64,000 bases of DNA from Eledone cirrhosa (taxonomy: Eukaryota): assembly GCA_964016885.1 (NCBI GenBank), contig OZ024755.1, positions 38,068,001 to 38,132,000 on the forward strand, read 5' to 3'. Below are positions 1 to 12,514 of this stretch, piece by piece (the stretch's first letter is position 1; each line of letters opens with the position of its first letter). The notes beneath the pieces were generated by a model. The model saw only the letters and a program-made list of their open reading frames with translations, did not search any database and was not told where the DNA came from. The position numbers were made by a program, and so were the translations under genes.

Positions 1-32
<32 letters not shown>

Positions 33-606
33 ATGAGAAAATCTCAATGCAAGGATAGCTGCCAAAACAGCAAAATGCCATCAATGACGGCATCGGATAA
101 AATCTTACCTCAAAGGACAGGAATAAACAGCTAGAAGTGTGTTTACCTGGGGAAGTGGTAGAGAGGAGCAAAGGAAGAAAATGGAGAAAATGAAAATGAA
201 TGAGACAAAATTTCACAAACATCATGTCGCACCCTCAGCCCTCATACCGGAATGTGTTTTTCACATGATTTAAAATGGAGGGGGACTACATATAATTGCC
301 GGCTCGTGCAACAGAAATTAAATATTTCTGCTCATATGATGTGTTTGACAAAATAATTTTTTTATAAAAATTATTTTGTGAAACCCTAGAATATTTTTGT
401 CGAACCTAGACTGGGCAATACTGGGAATAGTTTTTTATCAAAACTGTTTCAAGATTTCATTATTGAATGACTACAGTATGATGCTTATTGTAGGGTATGA
501 TCACATTGGGGGACTTTTAACTTGTAAGTATTTGCATCAAGTCTGGTTTTCCTTCCCACCACTCTTGGAGGCTATAAAAATGGTGATTGGCACTGCCCTT
601 CCTTCC

Positions 607-806
607 NNNNNNNNNNNNNNNNNNNNNNNNNNNNNNNNNNNNNNNNNNNNNNNNNNNNNNNNNNNNNNNNNNNNNNNNNNNNNNNNNNNNNNNNNNNNNN
701 NNNNNNNNNNNNNNNNNNNNNNNNNNNNNNNNNNNNNNNNNNNNNNNNNNNNNNNNNNNNNNNNNNNNNNNNNNNNNNNNNNNNNNNNNNNNNNNNNNNN
801 NNNNNN
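607..806. other. Assembly gap (200 N)
   Basis: Run of N; it truncates the adjacent MITE. Confidence 0.99.
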
Positions 807-910
807 ATTTTGAGAACAATACCTTAACATCAGTAAGAGCAGCCAGTTTGAACAGAAAGAGGTGAGAGAATTCTGGCCAGATATGACCGGTTTAAATGCT
901 AAAAGGTTAA
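807..910 (-). mobile_element. piggyBac-type MITE, partial (cut by gap)
   Basis: Ends taaatgctaaaagg-TTAA (907-910); body matches the other MITE copies. Confidence 0.8.
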
Positions 911-1534
911 AGAGTTAAATTAACATTCTACCATCTTGAAATAGAAAGTACACATTTGATAATGTAGTCTTAGATATGTAATGCCAGAGGAAAAGATGGG
1001 AGAGCCATAGCTACAATAGCTTATATCATAGATCTGCTCTGTTAGGGCTTCCTCTGGGGTTAAACAACAATAAAAACATTGAACATTTAAAAGAAATAAG
1101 AAATACCAATATATTCAGATGCTGATTAAAAATAAAAACGTTCATCCTTGTGACAGCATGTGAGCACACATACATGCAACTCGCTGCACTGAGGCATCAC
1201 TAGGGTAACCTGTAGTTGCTGCAAGTATTGTCAGCTTTGCTCGAGGGCACAATGCACCACCTGGTCTGGGAATTGGACCTATGTTCAAATGACAGTATTG
1301 ACAATGGAACACATACATATACAAGATTGCACCACACACACACATTTTAAGGCCATACCCCCTGCCAGAGCACATATTAATCCTTGCAGGTACCATGACT
1401 AGCTTTATACTTTTGGAAGCAGTATTTTATGGCCAGATGTCTTTCCTGGTACTAATCCTTTTAGATGCTTCTTACAACATGCAGGGATACAGTGTGTCGA
1501 TTCTAAACTGGATTACCCGACCTCCCATGGGTAC

Positions 1535-1850
1535 AAGCTGAAGCATATAGACAATATGCCCCCACACCCCCCACCGCAAGGTGGTTGTGGAGGTGCCACG
1601 GCAAAAAAGCACCCAGCCCGCACTGTAAAGTGGACGTGTAGGCGCCACGAAAAAGCACCCAGCACTCACTGTAAATGAGGTTGGTGTTAGGAAGTGCATC
1701 CAGCTGTAGAAGTCAAGCCAGATCAGTTCCCGTATGAGCAAGGCATGGTCAGCCGACCAGACACTGCCCACAACAGGACAACCCGTCTAACCCATGCTAG
1801 CGTGGAAGAACGGACGTAAAACGGTGATGATGGTGATGATGATGATGATG
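1535..1850 (+). mobile_element. RTE-LINE/SINE 3' tail fragment
   Basis: aaaagcacccagc modules, ggtgttaggaag..catccagctgtagaa and an (ATG)n tail, shared with the LINE 3' end at 11300-11600. Confidence 0.75.
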
Positions 1851-1865
1851 ACACACAGATGTGTG

Positions 1866-1900
<35 letters not shown>

Positions 1901-2540
1901 TAGCGTGGAAAAATAGACGTAAAATGGTGATAATAATATATCATCATCCTCATCATCATTTTACGTCTGCTTTTCCCTGCTTGTAAGGATGGGACGGGTC
2001 CTCTCCAGCACAGCATCTCTCCAGTTGTCATGGTCCTTCATCATCTCCTCTCTGAGCTTCAGTGATCAGAGGTCAGCTCTCACCATCTCTGCCCATGTTT
2101 ATTGTGGTCTTCCTCTACTGCATCCTCCTTCCATCCACTGGGATTTCTTGACACTTCTTCACCCAGCGATCATCATTCAAGCACATCACATGTCCATACC
2201 AACACCGTCTTCTCTCCTTCACACTACAGTTTATTCCTCTTATACACAGTTTCACTCTCAACTAATCTTATATATGTATAAGACTAGACTATGTCTCAAC
2301 TAGAATGTACATAAATCTAAACTGAGCCAATGCCATCTGCAAACCCAAGCAAATGCAAACCCCAACCATGCAATCAACCCTTCCTCTCAAAACTGCATCA
2401 TTAATTAAATCCCAACACATCCTTCAAAATCCCAACACACCCTACTAAGTCAAATAACAACCAATCTGCTCGAGTTACTGTTAAAGGGGTGGCAGATGTC
2501 ATCAAGCTGTAGCTGTCATATATTTCTCTGTAGTAAGCAG

Positions 2541-2579
<39 letters not shown>

Positions 2580-2981
2580 TATGCAGTTTTGTTAAATGCC
2601 TGCATGATATAGATTTATAGATGTAACAGTTGTTTATTCATGTTGTTGTTAATATTATTATTTTTATTATTTCATTTGTATATATATTATATTTATTTAT
2701 TATTGAATGTATTTTTTCTATTGTATATTGTATATTTTACCACATCATGTCACATGATCATAACTTTACTCTTTCATCGTCATCAGACCACCAATCATCA
2801 GTAGAAATTATTTGATAAATGACATCATTTTAGTCAATTATTAATTAAATATAACATTGTCTACATTTGATCCATCATATCATACCTTCTATTACTTTAG
2901 TTGTTTCATTTTATTTTCATATTTATCTTCTGATAGGAATTATATTAATTTAGTTTTAATTCTTCCATTACCATATTTCGG

Positions 2982-3557
2982 TTAACCCTTTAGCATTTAA
3001 ACCGGCCGTATCTGGCCAGAATTCTCTCACCTCTCTCTGTTCAAACTGGCTGTAACTGGCCGCTCATACTAACGTTAAGGTATTGTTCTCAAAATAAATA
3101 ATATCAAGCTCTCATAGATTCGATATTATGTGAGGTAAAGCCTTTACCGTAAACATACAATAGTATATATAGAGTAATGTAAATGCTATGTGAGATATTA
3201 TGTGAGGTAAAGCCTTTACCGTGAACATACTATAGTATATATAGAGTAATGTAAATGTTATGTGAGATATAATGTGAGGTAAAGCCTTTACTGTGAAAAT
3301 ACAATAGTATATATAGAGTAATGTAAATGTTATGTGAGATATTATGTGAGGTAAAGCCTTTACTGTGACAATACAATAGTATATATAGAGTAATGTAAAT
3401 GTTATGTGAGATATTATGTGAGGTAAAGCCTTTACTGTGAACATACTATAGTATATATAGAGTAATGTAAATGTTATGTGAGATATTATGTGAAGTAAAG
3501 CCTTTACCATGAACATACTATAGTAAATATAGAGTAATGTAAATGCTGAAGGATTAA
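2982..3557 (+). mobile_element. piggyBac-type MITE with internal ~72-bp tandem expansion (~6 copies)
   Basis: TTAA-CCCTTTAGCATTTA left end; degenerate right end taaatgctgaagga-TTAA; 72-bp period (aggtaaag at 3133, 3205...). CCC-starting TIRs with a TTAA target are characteristic of piggyBac. Confidence 0.8.
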
Positions 3558-3903
3558 GATATGCAGCCAATATTTTCCAATTAATTTTGAAAATAGTAAA
3601 ATAAATTTGTAAGAATTTAGTATAATAACTAACTTTGTAAGTTGCTGCTAGTAAGATGGTGTTTGGGACATAATGTCACAGAACATTGTGTATTCTTGCC
3701 CAGTTGCATTTCTGTTCCAAATATAATATTAATTGGTATGCTCAAGCTATAGAATTTTTAGGAATGGGTGGTTCACATTATTTAGCTTACGGCAGGCACT
3801 TCCTAACTAGGTGGGCTGATAAGATAGCTGTGATGTATATTTCCTGTCATGCAGAATATACATCATTGAAAAAAATATACAAGAGCAACAAGTTAGCAAT
3901 ATG

Positions 3904-3946
<43 letters not shown>

Positions 3947-4079
3947 GTATATATATGTATTTAGGATTCCAGTTCCTCAGAGAAATAAAAACGCCAGCAG
4001 GAGCTGGACATATCGGAGTATTGATGGAGTAAAACACACTTTAACAACATGTGTACCTGTCTCTACCACACCAATTCGG

Positions 4080-4134
4080 ACTGCCTGAAGAGGTCACAGC
4101 CAATGATGGCTGTCACCGAAATATATATAGCAGT
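4080..4134 (+). ncRNA. Minimal type I hammerhead ribozyme (Penelope-like type), canonical core
   Basis: actgc-CTGAAGA-ggtcacagcca(atga)tggctgtcacc-GAAAT-atat-ATA^-gcagt: 5-bp helix I, 10-bp helix II with one C.C mismatch and G10.1-C11.1, palindromic helix III, AUA triplet. Confidence 0.85.
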
Positions 4135-4199
4135 ATATCTATAATTTATAATAAACGAAGCCAAATTTTACATATTTGACTTAATTATTTTATATGTAT

Positions 4200-4458
4200 A
4201 CCACCTTGATCACCTTGACTGACCAGTCTGTGGGGCGCCAATCGGCGCCGCAGGTCACAGCACTTTGTGTGCTGTTTTAGCCATAAGATAACGCCATCCC
4301 ACTGGCTGGGCGGGGCAGGCCGGTCCTCATTTCTACAGCTGAGTAAACTGGAGCAATGTGAAATAAAGTGTCTTGCTCAAGGAAACAACACATCACCCAG
4401 TCAGAGAATTGAACTCACGACCTTTTGATTGCAAGCCCAATGCTCTAACCACTAAGCC
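4200..4458 (-). mobile_element. tRNA/CORE-type SINE, variant 3' region
   Basis: Reverse complement of the SINE head and CORE-like segment (4329-4458), joined to a 3' part different from the main family. Confidence 0.7.
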
Positions 4459-4660
4459 TTATATATATGTTTTGGAGATGTATTGAAGCAATTGTATCTT
4501 GGAAGAGTCATTTTAGTCATTCAAAAAGCACAGAAAAACTGTTAAATTCACTTTACATTTGTCATGTATTATTTATTTGCAATTTAGTCAATGATTTGCA
4601 AAGAACTGTCACACACACATTTTTCTCATTTCATTATCTTTATAACATTTTGTTGTTTAG

Positions 4661-4705
4661 ACAATCCATTTGCATTATCTGATGATTTGGACTCCATATT
4701 AAATG
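4661..4705 (+). CDS. Candidate internal exon (45 nt, phase 1-1): xNPFALSDDLDSILN
   Basis: ttttgttgtttAG acceptor, consensus GTGAGT donor, single open frame; assigned to the SORBS-like gene only by strand and proximity. Confidence 0.6.
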
Positions 4706-4889
4706 GTGAGTTTATATATTATCTACTTTAAATCTGCCTTTCCTTGTGTCATTCATTATATGTCAAATATGCAACTTCACAACTGATCATATCAATGTTA
4801 CACCATAGCGTATATACAGCAAATATTGTGAGTGTAGGATTTGTCCATGACAAGGTGGTGTTGGCAGTTTTTGTGAGGACATAACTGAT

Positions 4890-5235
4890 GGAGGCACATG
4901 GCTTAGTGGTTAGAGCATTGGCCTTGCAATCGAAAGGTTGTGAGTTCAATTCTCAGACCGGGTGATGTGTTGTTTCCTTGAGCAAGACACTTTATTTCAC
5001 ATTGCTCCAGTTTACTCAGCTGTAGAAATGAAATGATAGGGACTGGGGTCCCTATCATTCCACTGCAAAGTGGTCGTGGAGGTGCCACGGCAAAAAAGCA
5101 CCCAGCACTCACTGTAAATGAGGTTGGTGTTAGGAAGGGCATCCAGCTGTAGAGATCAAGCCAGAATCAGTTCCTGTCCCACCCTTGCAAGCAGGGAAAA
5201 AGCGGACGTAAAATGATGATGATGATGATGATAAC
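4890..5235 (+). mobile_element. SINE family A, full length (tRNA head + CORE-like domain + RTE-like tail)
   Basis: A box TGGCTTAGTGG, B box GAGTTCAATTC; ccttgagcaagacactt...ctcagctgtagaaatg resembles the MIR CORE; tail shared with the RTE LINE, ending (ATG)n. Confidence 0.85.
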
Positions 5236-5883
5236 TATTATATATAGTGTAGTTAATACAAAGCATTGTGAGATATGTAATAAAATATCTATATATACAT
5301 TTCTATATATAAATTTCTGCGATTCTGTCACATGTAAAGTGAGAGGAGTAGTTTGACTACCTCATACTACTCCTCTCTCTCTTTATGTCTGCTGCCTGTG
5401 TGAATGTATGTGTGTGTAACAGGAAGGAAGGGGGTGGGGAAAACACTACGCTGTGTTTGAGTGTATGTATGTGTGTGTTTATGTAAATGTATGTGTGTGT
5501 GTGTGTTTGTGTGAATGTATGTGTGTGTGTATATGTGTGTGTGTATTTTTGTAAGTGTCTCAGCATTTGCACATTTATATTTATATACTCATAGATATGT
5601 GTCCATATGCACATACACACATACATGTATGTGTGTCCATACACACATACACGTATATGTGTCCATACACACATACACGTATATGTGTCCATACACACAT
5701 ACACGTGACCATATGGGAGACCAATTGTAGTATAATTAAAAACCGATAAGTTTCAAAAAGATGGTTTCTATATTTCTACCACACTGTGTTGTGCTGGCTT
5801 CTTGAAACTTATTGGTCTTTTACTCTATATTCTATTATAATTTAGAGGAGACCATTTTTCTAGTGACTTTACATCTAATAATT

Positions 5884-6640
5884 CACAAACATGCATACAC
5901 TCACACACACACACATGCATACACTCACACACACACACACATGCATACACTCACACACTTACACACATGCATACACTCACACACACACATGCATACACTC
6001 ACACACACACACATGCATACACTCACACACACATGCATACACTCACACACACAGACATGCATACACTCACACACACAAACATGCATACACTCACACATGC
6101 ATGCACTCACACACACACACATGCATACACTCACACACACATGCATACACTCACACACACACACATGCATACACTCACACACACACATGCATACACTCAC
6201 ACAAACATGCATACACTCACACACACACATGCATACACTCACACACACAAACATGCATACACTCACACACACATGCATACACTCACACATGCATACACTC
6301 ACACACACATGCATACACTCACACACACACATGCATACACTCACACACACATGCATACACTCACACACACACACATGCATACACTCACACAAACATGCAT
6401 ACACTCACACACACATGCATACACTCACACATGCATACACTCACACACACATGCATACACTCACACACACACACATGCATACACTCACACACACACACAT
6501 GCATACACTCACACACACACACATGCATACACTCACACACACACACATGCATACACTCACACACACATGCATACACTCACACACACACACATGCATACAC
6601 TCACACACACACACACATGCATACACTCACACACTTACAC
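5884..6640. repeat. (CA)-based minisatellite, unit ~CACACATGCATACACT
   Basis: Direct tandem repetition; explains the His/Thr and Cys/Val ORFs. Confidence 0.95.
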
Positions 6641-6651
6641 ACCATTATCAT

Positions 6652-7180
6652 TTGGCAGTATCGGTAGAGGGTCGGACGCCATGCTTTCCAGCATAGTTAC
6701 GTCCCTTTACGATCTGAGTTCAAATCCCGCCGAGGTTGACTTTGCCTTTCAACCTTACGGGGTCGATAAAATAAAGTACCAGTAATGCACTGGGTAATTG
6801 CTGGCCTTGTGCCTAAAGTAGAAACAATCATTATCATATGGCCCTTTACGTTCTGAGTTCAAATCCCTCCGAGGTTAACTTTGCCTTTCATCCTTACTGG
6901 GTCGATAAAATAAAGTACCAGTAATACACTGGGATAATTGCTGGCCTTGTGACAAAAGTAGAAACAATTATCATTATCATATGTACATGGTGGTGGATTG
7001 GCAGTATCGGTAGAGGGTCGGACGCCATGCTTTCCAGCAGAGTTACGTCCCTTTACGATCTGAGTTCAAATCCCGCCGAGGTTGACTTTGCCTTTCATCC
7101 TTACGGGGTCGATAAAATAAAGTACCAGTAATGCACTGGGTAATTTGCTGGCCTTGTGCCAAATGTAGAAACAATTATCA
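6652..7180 (+). mobile_element. SINE family B, three tandem copies
   Basis: tggcagtatcggtagag...gagttcaaatcc (A/B-box-like), central gactttgcctttcatccttacggggtcgataaaataaagtaccag (resembles the Meta/MESC-type domain, from memory), (ATT)n tail. Further copies near 16665(-), 25290, 29183, 31465(-), 39920(-), 40690, 41086, 41968, 42150, 45080(-), 59430(-), 63370-63960. Confidence 0.85.
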
Positions 7181-7653
7181 TATGTACATATATAGATGAC
7201 TAAATATTGATAGTCATAATTGTTTGTAATGTTCCATTTTTTAACCCCAGGACATAATGTGACCTCGTGACCTTATTATGCAGCTGCACTATTACTAATT
7301 AGAATTTCCATCTCAAGTATTCTATTAAAACCAAGGCCTTCTTTCTTATATTATACATGACATTTTATTTTCAGCACATGACCTTTCACTTCTTAGAGGT
7401 TCAAATTAAATTTAGGTTTATATTCCAAATATGATATTCCGTTATTTCTTCAAGTAGAATACACCCCCTACCACTGCACCCCTATCTTTCTCCTCCCAAT
7501 GATTTCACACAATTTATGTGGTATTGGTTTAGACCAACAGTTCCCAAACATTGGTAACTTTCATCAGATGAGGCTTAGTGAGCACTTGCTTTGCTGAAAC
7601 ATCATCGCCATGTTGCAAGAAAACGAAAAATCAACTTCTATATATATATATTT

Positions 7654-7848
7654 AATATAGAAATGGCTTCTACAGGACTTGAACTGTTTCAGTCAGGAGA
7701 AATCATCAGGAAGTCCTGATGATTTCTCCCGAATGAAACAGTTCTAGTCCTGTAGAAGCCATTTCTATATTGGATGTTTATACTCTGCTATGTATTGAGT
7801 ACCTTGGTTACTGTGGTTACCTCCGATTGAACCTGGGATAAACATATA
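7654..7848 (+). mobile_element. Penelope-like remnant: fold-back palindrome (7654-7771) with hammerhead-like core plus 3' tail
   Basis: Inverted arms around caggaagtcctg; CTGATGA-tttc(tccc)gaat-GAAAC; TA-flanked; same family at 8135-8210, 22215-22401 and 38100-38225. Confidence 0.65.
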
Positions 7849-8094
7849 TCATCATCATCATCATCAGCATCACCGTTTTATGTCCGTTCTTCCATGCTAG
7901 CGTGGGTTAGACGGGTTGTCCTGTTGTGGGCAGTGTCCGGTCGGCTGACCATGCCTTGCTCATATGGAAACTGATAATATTTAATACTGTAAATAAAACC
8001 CTTTTTGTACAGCTGACCCTGTTATTCTTCACTCTTTCACTATATATATATATATATATATAGTAATAATAATAAAAATATGTTCTTATAATAA

Positions 8095-8125
<31 letters not shown>

Positions 8126-8846
8126 TAGATATATGTATTTCTATATTAGATATTTATACTCTGTCATGTATTGAGTACCTTACCCCTGATTGAACCCGGA
8201 ATAAACTTATATATATATATATATATATACACACACATACATACATTCACATATATGTGTATATTATTATATACAGATATATGTGTATATATACACATCT
8301 CTCTCTCTCTATATATATATATTCACACATATATATATATGGAGGAAGTTATAGTTCACTTGAAGCATTGTGTATAAACGTTTTGAATTTGTAAAGCCAA
8401 AACAATGGAGGTATGGACATAGAATAAAGAATTCAAATGCAAAAGATATTGTTGACAATTAGTCTTTTACCTTAGATTTATTTAAATTTCCTTAATTTTC
8501 GAGATAATATCTCTTCTTCGGAGGGAAGTAAAGCGATTAAACCAGTGTTTTAAATAGCTTGCCAACACTTGGTAAGCTATTTAGAACACTGGTTTAACAG
8601 AATTAGCCGTCGAAACGGCTTGCGCTCAGCTGTCGGGGTCCTACTTGTTCCTATATATATATATATAAGCAAAGAGATATTTAATTTGTTGGTAATTCCA
8701 TAAATATATTTATAACAGATTCGAAGCACTCGACAGGTTTTCTGGAGTATAATATCAATTATATTAATAAATAGAAACTATATTTATAGAATAAATATGG
8801 TTTTATAAATATAGTTTCCATTTATTAATATCATTGATATATATAT

Positions 8847-9350
8847 GGAGGCACATGGCTTAGTGGTTAGAGCATTGACCTTGCAATTGAAAGGTTGTGA
8901 GTTCAATTCTCAGACCGGGTGATGTGTTGTTTCCTTGAGCAAGACACTTTATTTCACATTGCTCCAGTTTACTCAGCTGCAGAAATGAGATGATAGGACT
9001 GGAGTCCATATCATTCCACTGCAAAGTGGTCGTGTAGGCGCCACGGCAAAAAAGCACCCAGCACTCACTGTAAATGAGGTTGGTGTTAGGAAGGGCATCC
9101 AGCTGTAGAAATGAGATGATAGGGACTGGGGTTCCTATCATTCCACTTCAAAGTGGTTGTGGGGTGCCATGGCAAAAAAGCACCCAACCAACACTGTAAA
9201 GTGGTCGTGGAGGTGCGACTGCAAAAAAGCACCCAGCCCACACTGTAAATGAGGTTGGTGTTAGGAAGGGCATCAAGCCAGAATCAGTTCCCATCCCACC
9301 CTTGAAAGCAGGGAAAAGCGGACGTAAAATGATGATGATGATGATGATGA
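8847..9350 (+). mobile_element. SINE family A with internal duplication
   Basis: Same head as 4890; the central and 3' modules occur twice. Confidence 0.85.
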
Positions 9351-9936
9351 TATATAGTAATAATAATTATAATCTCTTCTTATAATAATAAATAATATAG
9401 AGTGATAGATAGATATATGTGTTAGTTTTATTATGCCTTTCCCCATTCTGTGGTAGAAGGAATCTTTAGTGCAGGAAATCATTATTTCTCTTGATTCCAT
9501 ATCATCTCATCTATAGAACTTAACATTGTCAGATGTGTCCCTCACCATTTATTGTAATCCAGTTACTGTAAATGATGGAGCAAGGGCCTAACTTTAGGGA
9601 GTGGGGACAGAAATCCTCTATATCATATTTAACATGACTGTTTTGTTTTTATTTTCTGTCCATGCTGCCTTGTAAAATATTCCTTTCTTCTTTGACTGGT
9701 TCCAGTCATACTGGAGCACCACCTTTTGTTGTCGATGATGACAATTCTAGAAGTTATTTTTTAAATTTGATACATTATCAATGTCTTTTTGTTGAATGCA
9801 TGCCTGTGTGCTGTTGAGAGTTGATGTCAAATCACTGAAGTCTACAAATGAGATAACAAAGGAAATTGACTCATCTAAATAATGCAAGAATCTAAAATAA
9901 TGGTGATGATGATGATGATTTTATATATATATATAT

Positions 9937-9937
<1 letters not shown>

Positions 9938-9968
<31 letters not shown>

Positions 9969-10190
9969 TTAACGCCTATCTTCCACTCTAGCATGGGTTA
10001 GACGGGAGTTGTCCCACTTGAGGCAGGATTGGTCAGGTGACCTTGTCTCGCTCGTATAGGCCTATCTGGCAGGTTTTCTACGGCTGGATGCCCTTCCTAA
10101 CACCAATCACATTTACAGTGTGGACTGGGAGGTTTTAACCGTGTTACCTGCATGACCACATTACAGGGTGGACTGTGAGTTTTTTTGTCA
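9938..10190 (-). mobile_element. RTE LINE 3' tail fragment
   Basis: Reverse complement of the 11300-11600 tail with (CAT)n. Confidence 0.75.
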
Positions 10191-10199
10191 TATATATAT

Positions 10200-10299
10200 G
10201 GAGGCACATCGCTCAGTGGTTAGAGCATTGGCTTTGCAATCGAAAGGTTGTGAGTTCAATTCTCAGACCGGGTGATGTGTTGTTTCCTTGAGCAAGACA
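10200..10299 (+). mobile_element. SINE family A 5' head fused to a LINE
   Basis: tRNA-like head up to ccttgagcaagaca, followed directly by LINE ORF sequence. Confidence 0.85.
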
Positions 10300-11600
10300 T
10301 CTAACGCTCATAGCTGAATCAATGGCCGAACTAGAGAAGAAATTCCAAACATGGAAGCATGGCCTAGAATCAAAAGGCCTTAAAATTAACCTGTCTAAGA
10401 CTAAAGTTCTAGTTTGTAGGAAGGAAAATAGGGCACCGGTCCCATCCGGGAAATGGCCATGCTCAGTGTGTAGGAAAGGAGTAAGTAGAAACTCCATTTT
10501 ATGTCCCAAATGCAAAGTATGAGTGCATAAAAGATGTAGTGGGACCACAGGTAAGCTAACTAAGAACATAGATTTTGGCCGGTGCTCTGGTGCAATAAGT
10601 ATCAGCAAGTGCCCACAGAATACTAGCTCATTCCATTGCACAGATGGTTCTATAGAAATAGTGGACAGCTTCCGTTACCTGGGTGACAAAATCAGCAGTG
10701 GGGGAGGGTGCTCTGAAAGTACAGTAGCTAGAGTCAGAACTGGATGGAAAAAGTTCAGAGAGCTTATACCACTATTAGCCGCTAAAGGGTTCTCCCTAAA
10801 AATGAAAGGCAGGCTGTATGATGCCTGCATACGAACAGCAATGTTACATGGCAGTGAGACCTGGGCATTGTGTGCAGAGGGTATACGCAGACTGGAGAGG
10901 AACGAAGCTTGCATGCTCCGCTGGATGTGTAATAGTAATATACATGAACGGCAAAGCATAAACGAACTAAGGGAAAAATTAGAAATAAGAGGGATCAGAT
11001 GTTGTTTACTCGAGAGAAGACTACGTTGGTATGGTCACGTGATGTGCATGAAAGACGTCAGCTGTATAAAAAAGTGCAGGGCAATAAAAATAGACGGTAG
11101 CCACGGAGTAGGCAGACCCAGAAAAACTTGGGACGACTTGATAAATTCAGACCTCACACACTTACACCTCTCCAAGACAATGTCACTGGACCGAGATCTT
11201 TGGCGCTACACAGTAGTGAAACCTACAGTCAGTAGGCACCTCTAACAAAATACATCCCCGTCCCACTATCCCCACCCCATCCACACCACCCCTTTCAATG
11301 TAAAGTTATGTTGGTAATACAACATCCAGTCCGAAACAAATGAGGTCGTGTAGGTGTCACGACAAAAAAACACACAGTCCACGCTGTAATGTGGCCGTGT
11401 AGGTAACACGGTAAAAACCTCCTAGTTCCACACTGTAAATGTGGTTGGTGTTAGGAAGGGCATCCAGCCGTAGAAAACCCGCCAGACAGTCCTATGCGAG
11501 CAAGACAACCACTCTTGCCTCAAGTGGGAAAACTCCCGTCCAAATCCATGCAAGCGTGGAATATGGACGTTAAACGATGATGATGATAATGATGATGATG
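10300..11600 (+). mobile_element. 5'-truncated RTE-clade LINE (RT C-terminus, Cys-rich insert, 3' UTR)
   Basis: LTLIAES..GLKINLSKTK, CSVCRKGV..C..C..VHKRC, FRYLG, MLHGSETW, RRLRWYGHV, GRPRKTW motifs; one in-frame stop (10520-10522); (ATG)n tail. Confidence 0.9.
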
Positions 11601-11614
11601 ATATATATATATAT

Positions 11615-11860
11615 ATATTTATTAAAATAACAGATTAAAGTTTAAGCAAAGAATCGCTGCTTTCACCCTTGACTGAACCTTCTGAAAGATCCCATTAAGG
11701 GTGAAAGCAGCAATTCTTTGCTTAAACTTTAATCTGTTATTTTAATAAATATCTGCTCTATGGTTCTTATATATTTGATATATATTAATCCTTATTGAGC
11801 CCTCTTTGGATTTTAGTCTTCACGTTTATTATTAATACTATATATTTATATATATATATA
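11615..11860 (+). mobile_element. Penelope-like remnant: fold-back (11615-11752) with degenerate hammerhead core plus tail
   Basis: Inverted arms; CTGAAAGA-tccc(attaa)gggt-GAAAG (one extra A in the core); AATAAA; tail hairpin 11755-11800; TA-flanked. Confidence 0.6.
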
Positions 11861-12194
11861 TATATATATATCACCATTCATAAATCTCATTAACTTTTAA
11901 TTTCAAAATCTTTTTAAATTATCTATTATCTTACAACGATTTTTTTAATTTCTCTCTGGGAGACAGTGTTTCTCAGTTTTAAAGGCTATCTCTCTCACTC
12001 ATTTCTCCTCCTCTCTCATCCTTCCTTCTTATACTCCTCCCCCGTCATCCTTTATTTTCTTTCTTCCTCTTCCTTACCCCCCCCCCCCTCCTTTTTTTTC
12101 CCAATCTCATATATCCATCTTACTTTATTTTTCATATGTTGATTTAACACTTCACTGCTCGCAAGTGTTTTTTAAGCTTCATATCGTGTCTCCC

Positions 12195-12265
12195 TATTTT
12201 ATCTGATGAGAACGCAAATATCATCCCATGATGATATTTGTTTGTGAAATGCGCATAATAAGATA
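12195..12265 (+). ncRNA. Minimal type I hammerhead ribozyme
   Basis: tattttat-CTGATGA-g..gcaaatatcatc(ccat)gatgatatttgt..t-GAAAT-gcgc-ATA^-ataagata: 8-bp helix I, long helix II, palindromic ATGCGCAT helix III. Confidence 0.8.
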
Positions 12266-12514
12266 CATGGAACTCTTTTAACGATCTTTTGATCTTATAT
12301 TATATATATATGATTGTGTGTGCTGGTATATATATATATTTATATATATTTATATATGATTGTGTGTGTATGTATATATACACACAGATATGCTCATGTA
12401 TATAAGTGTGTGTGTGTATATATGTTTACCTACAAGCATACAGACACACAGACACATTCCAGCTGTGATTGTTTGATTGTCTTAGCCTTTCAGTGTTTTT
12501 ATTTGTTATCAAAA

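Noticed and set aside
4890-4962. tRNA gene
   Set aside because: A/B boxes belong to SINE heads, with no complete cloverleaf and always followed by the SINE body.
5812-6785. His/Thr-rich and Tyr/Ile/Cys/Val-rich ORFs here and at 18651-23620, 27961-28417 and 30628-31444
   Set aside because: Dinucleotide-based repeats, open in most frames.
7560-7612. CAGATGA...GAAAC motif
   Set aside because: Core substitution and no convincing helix I or III.
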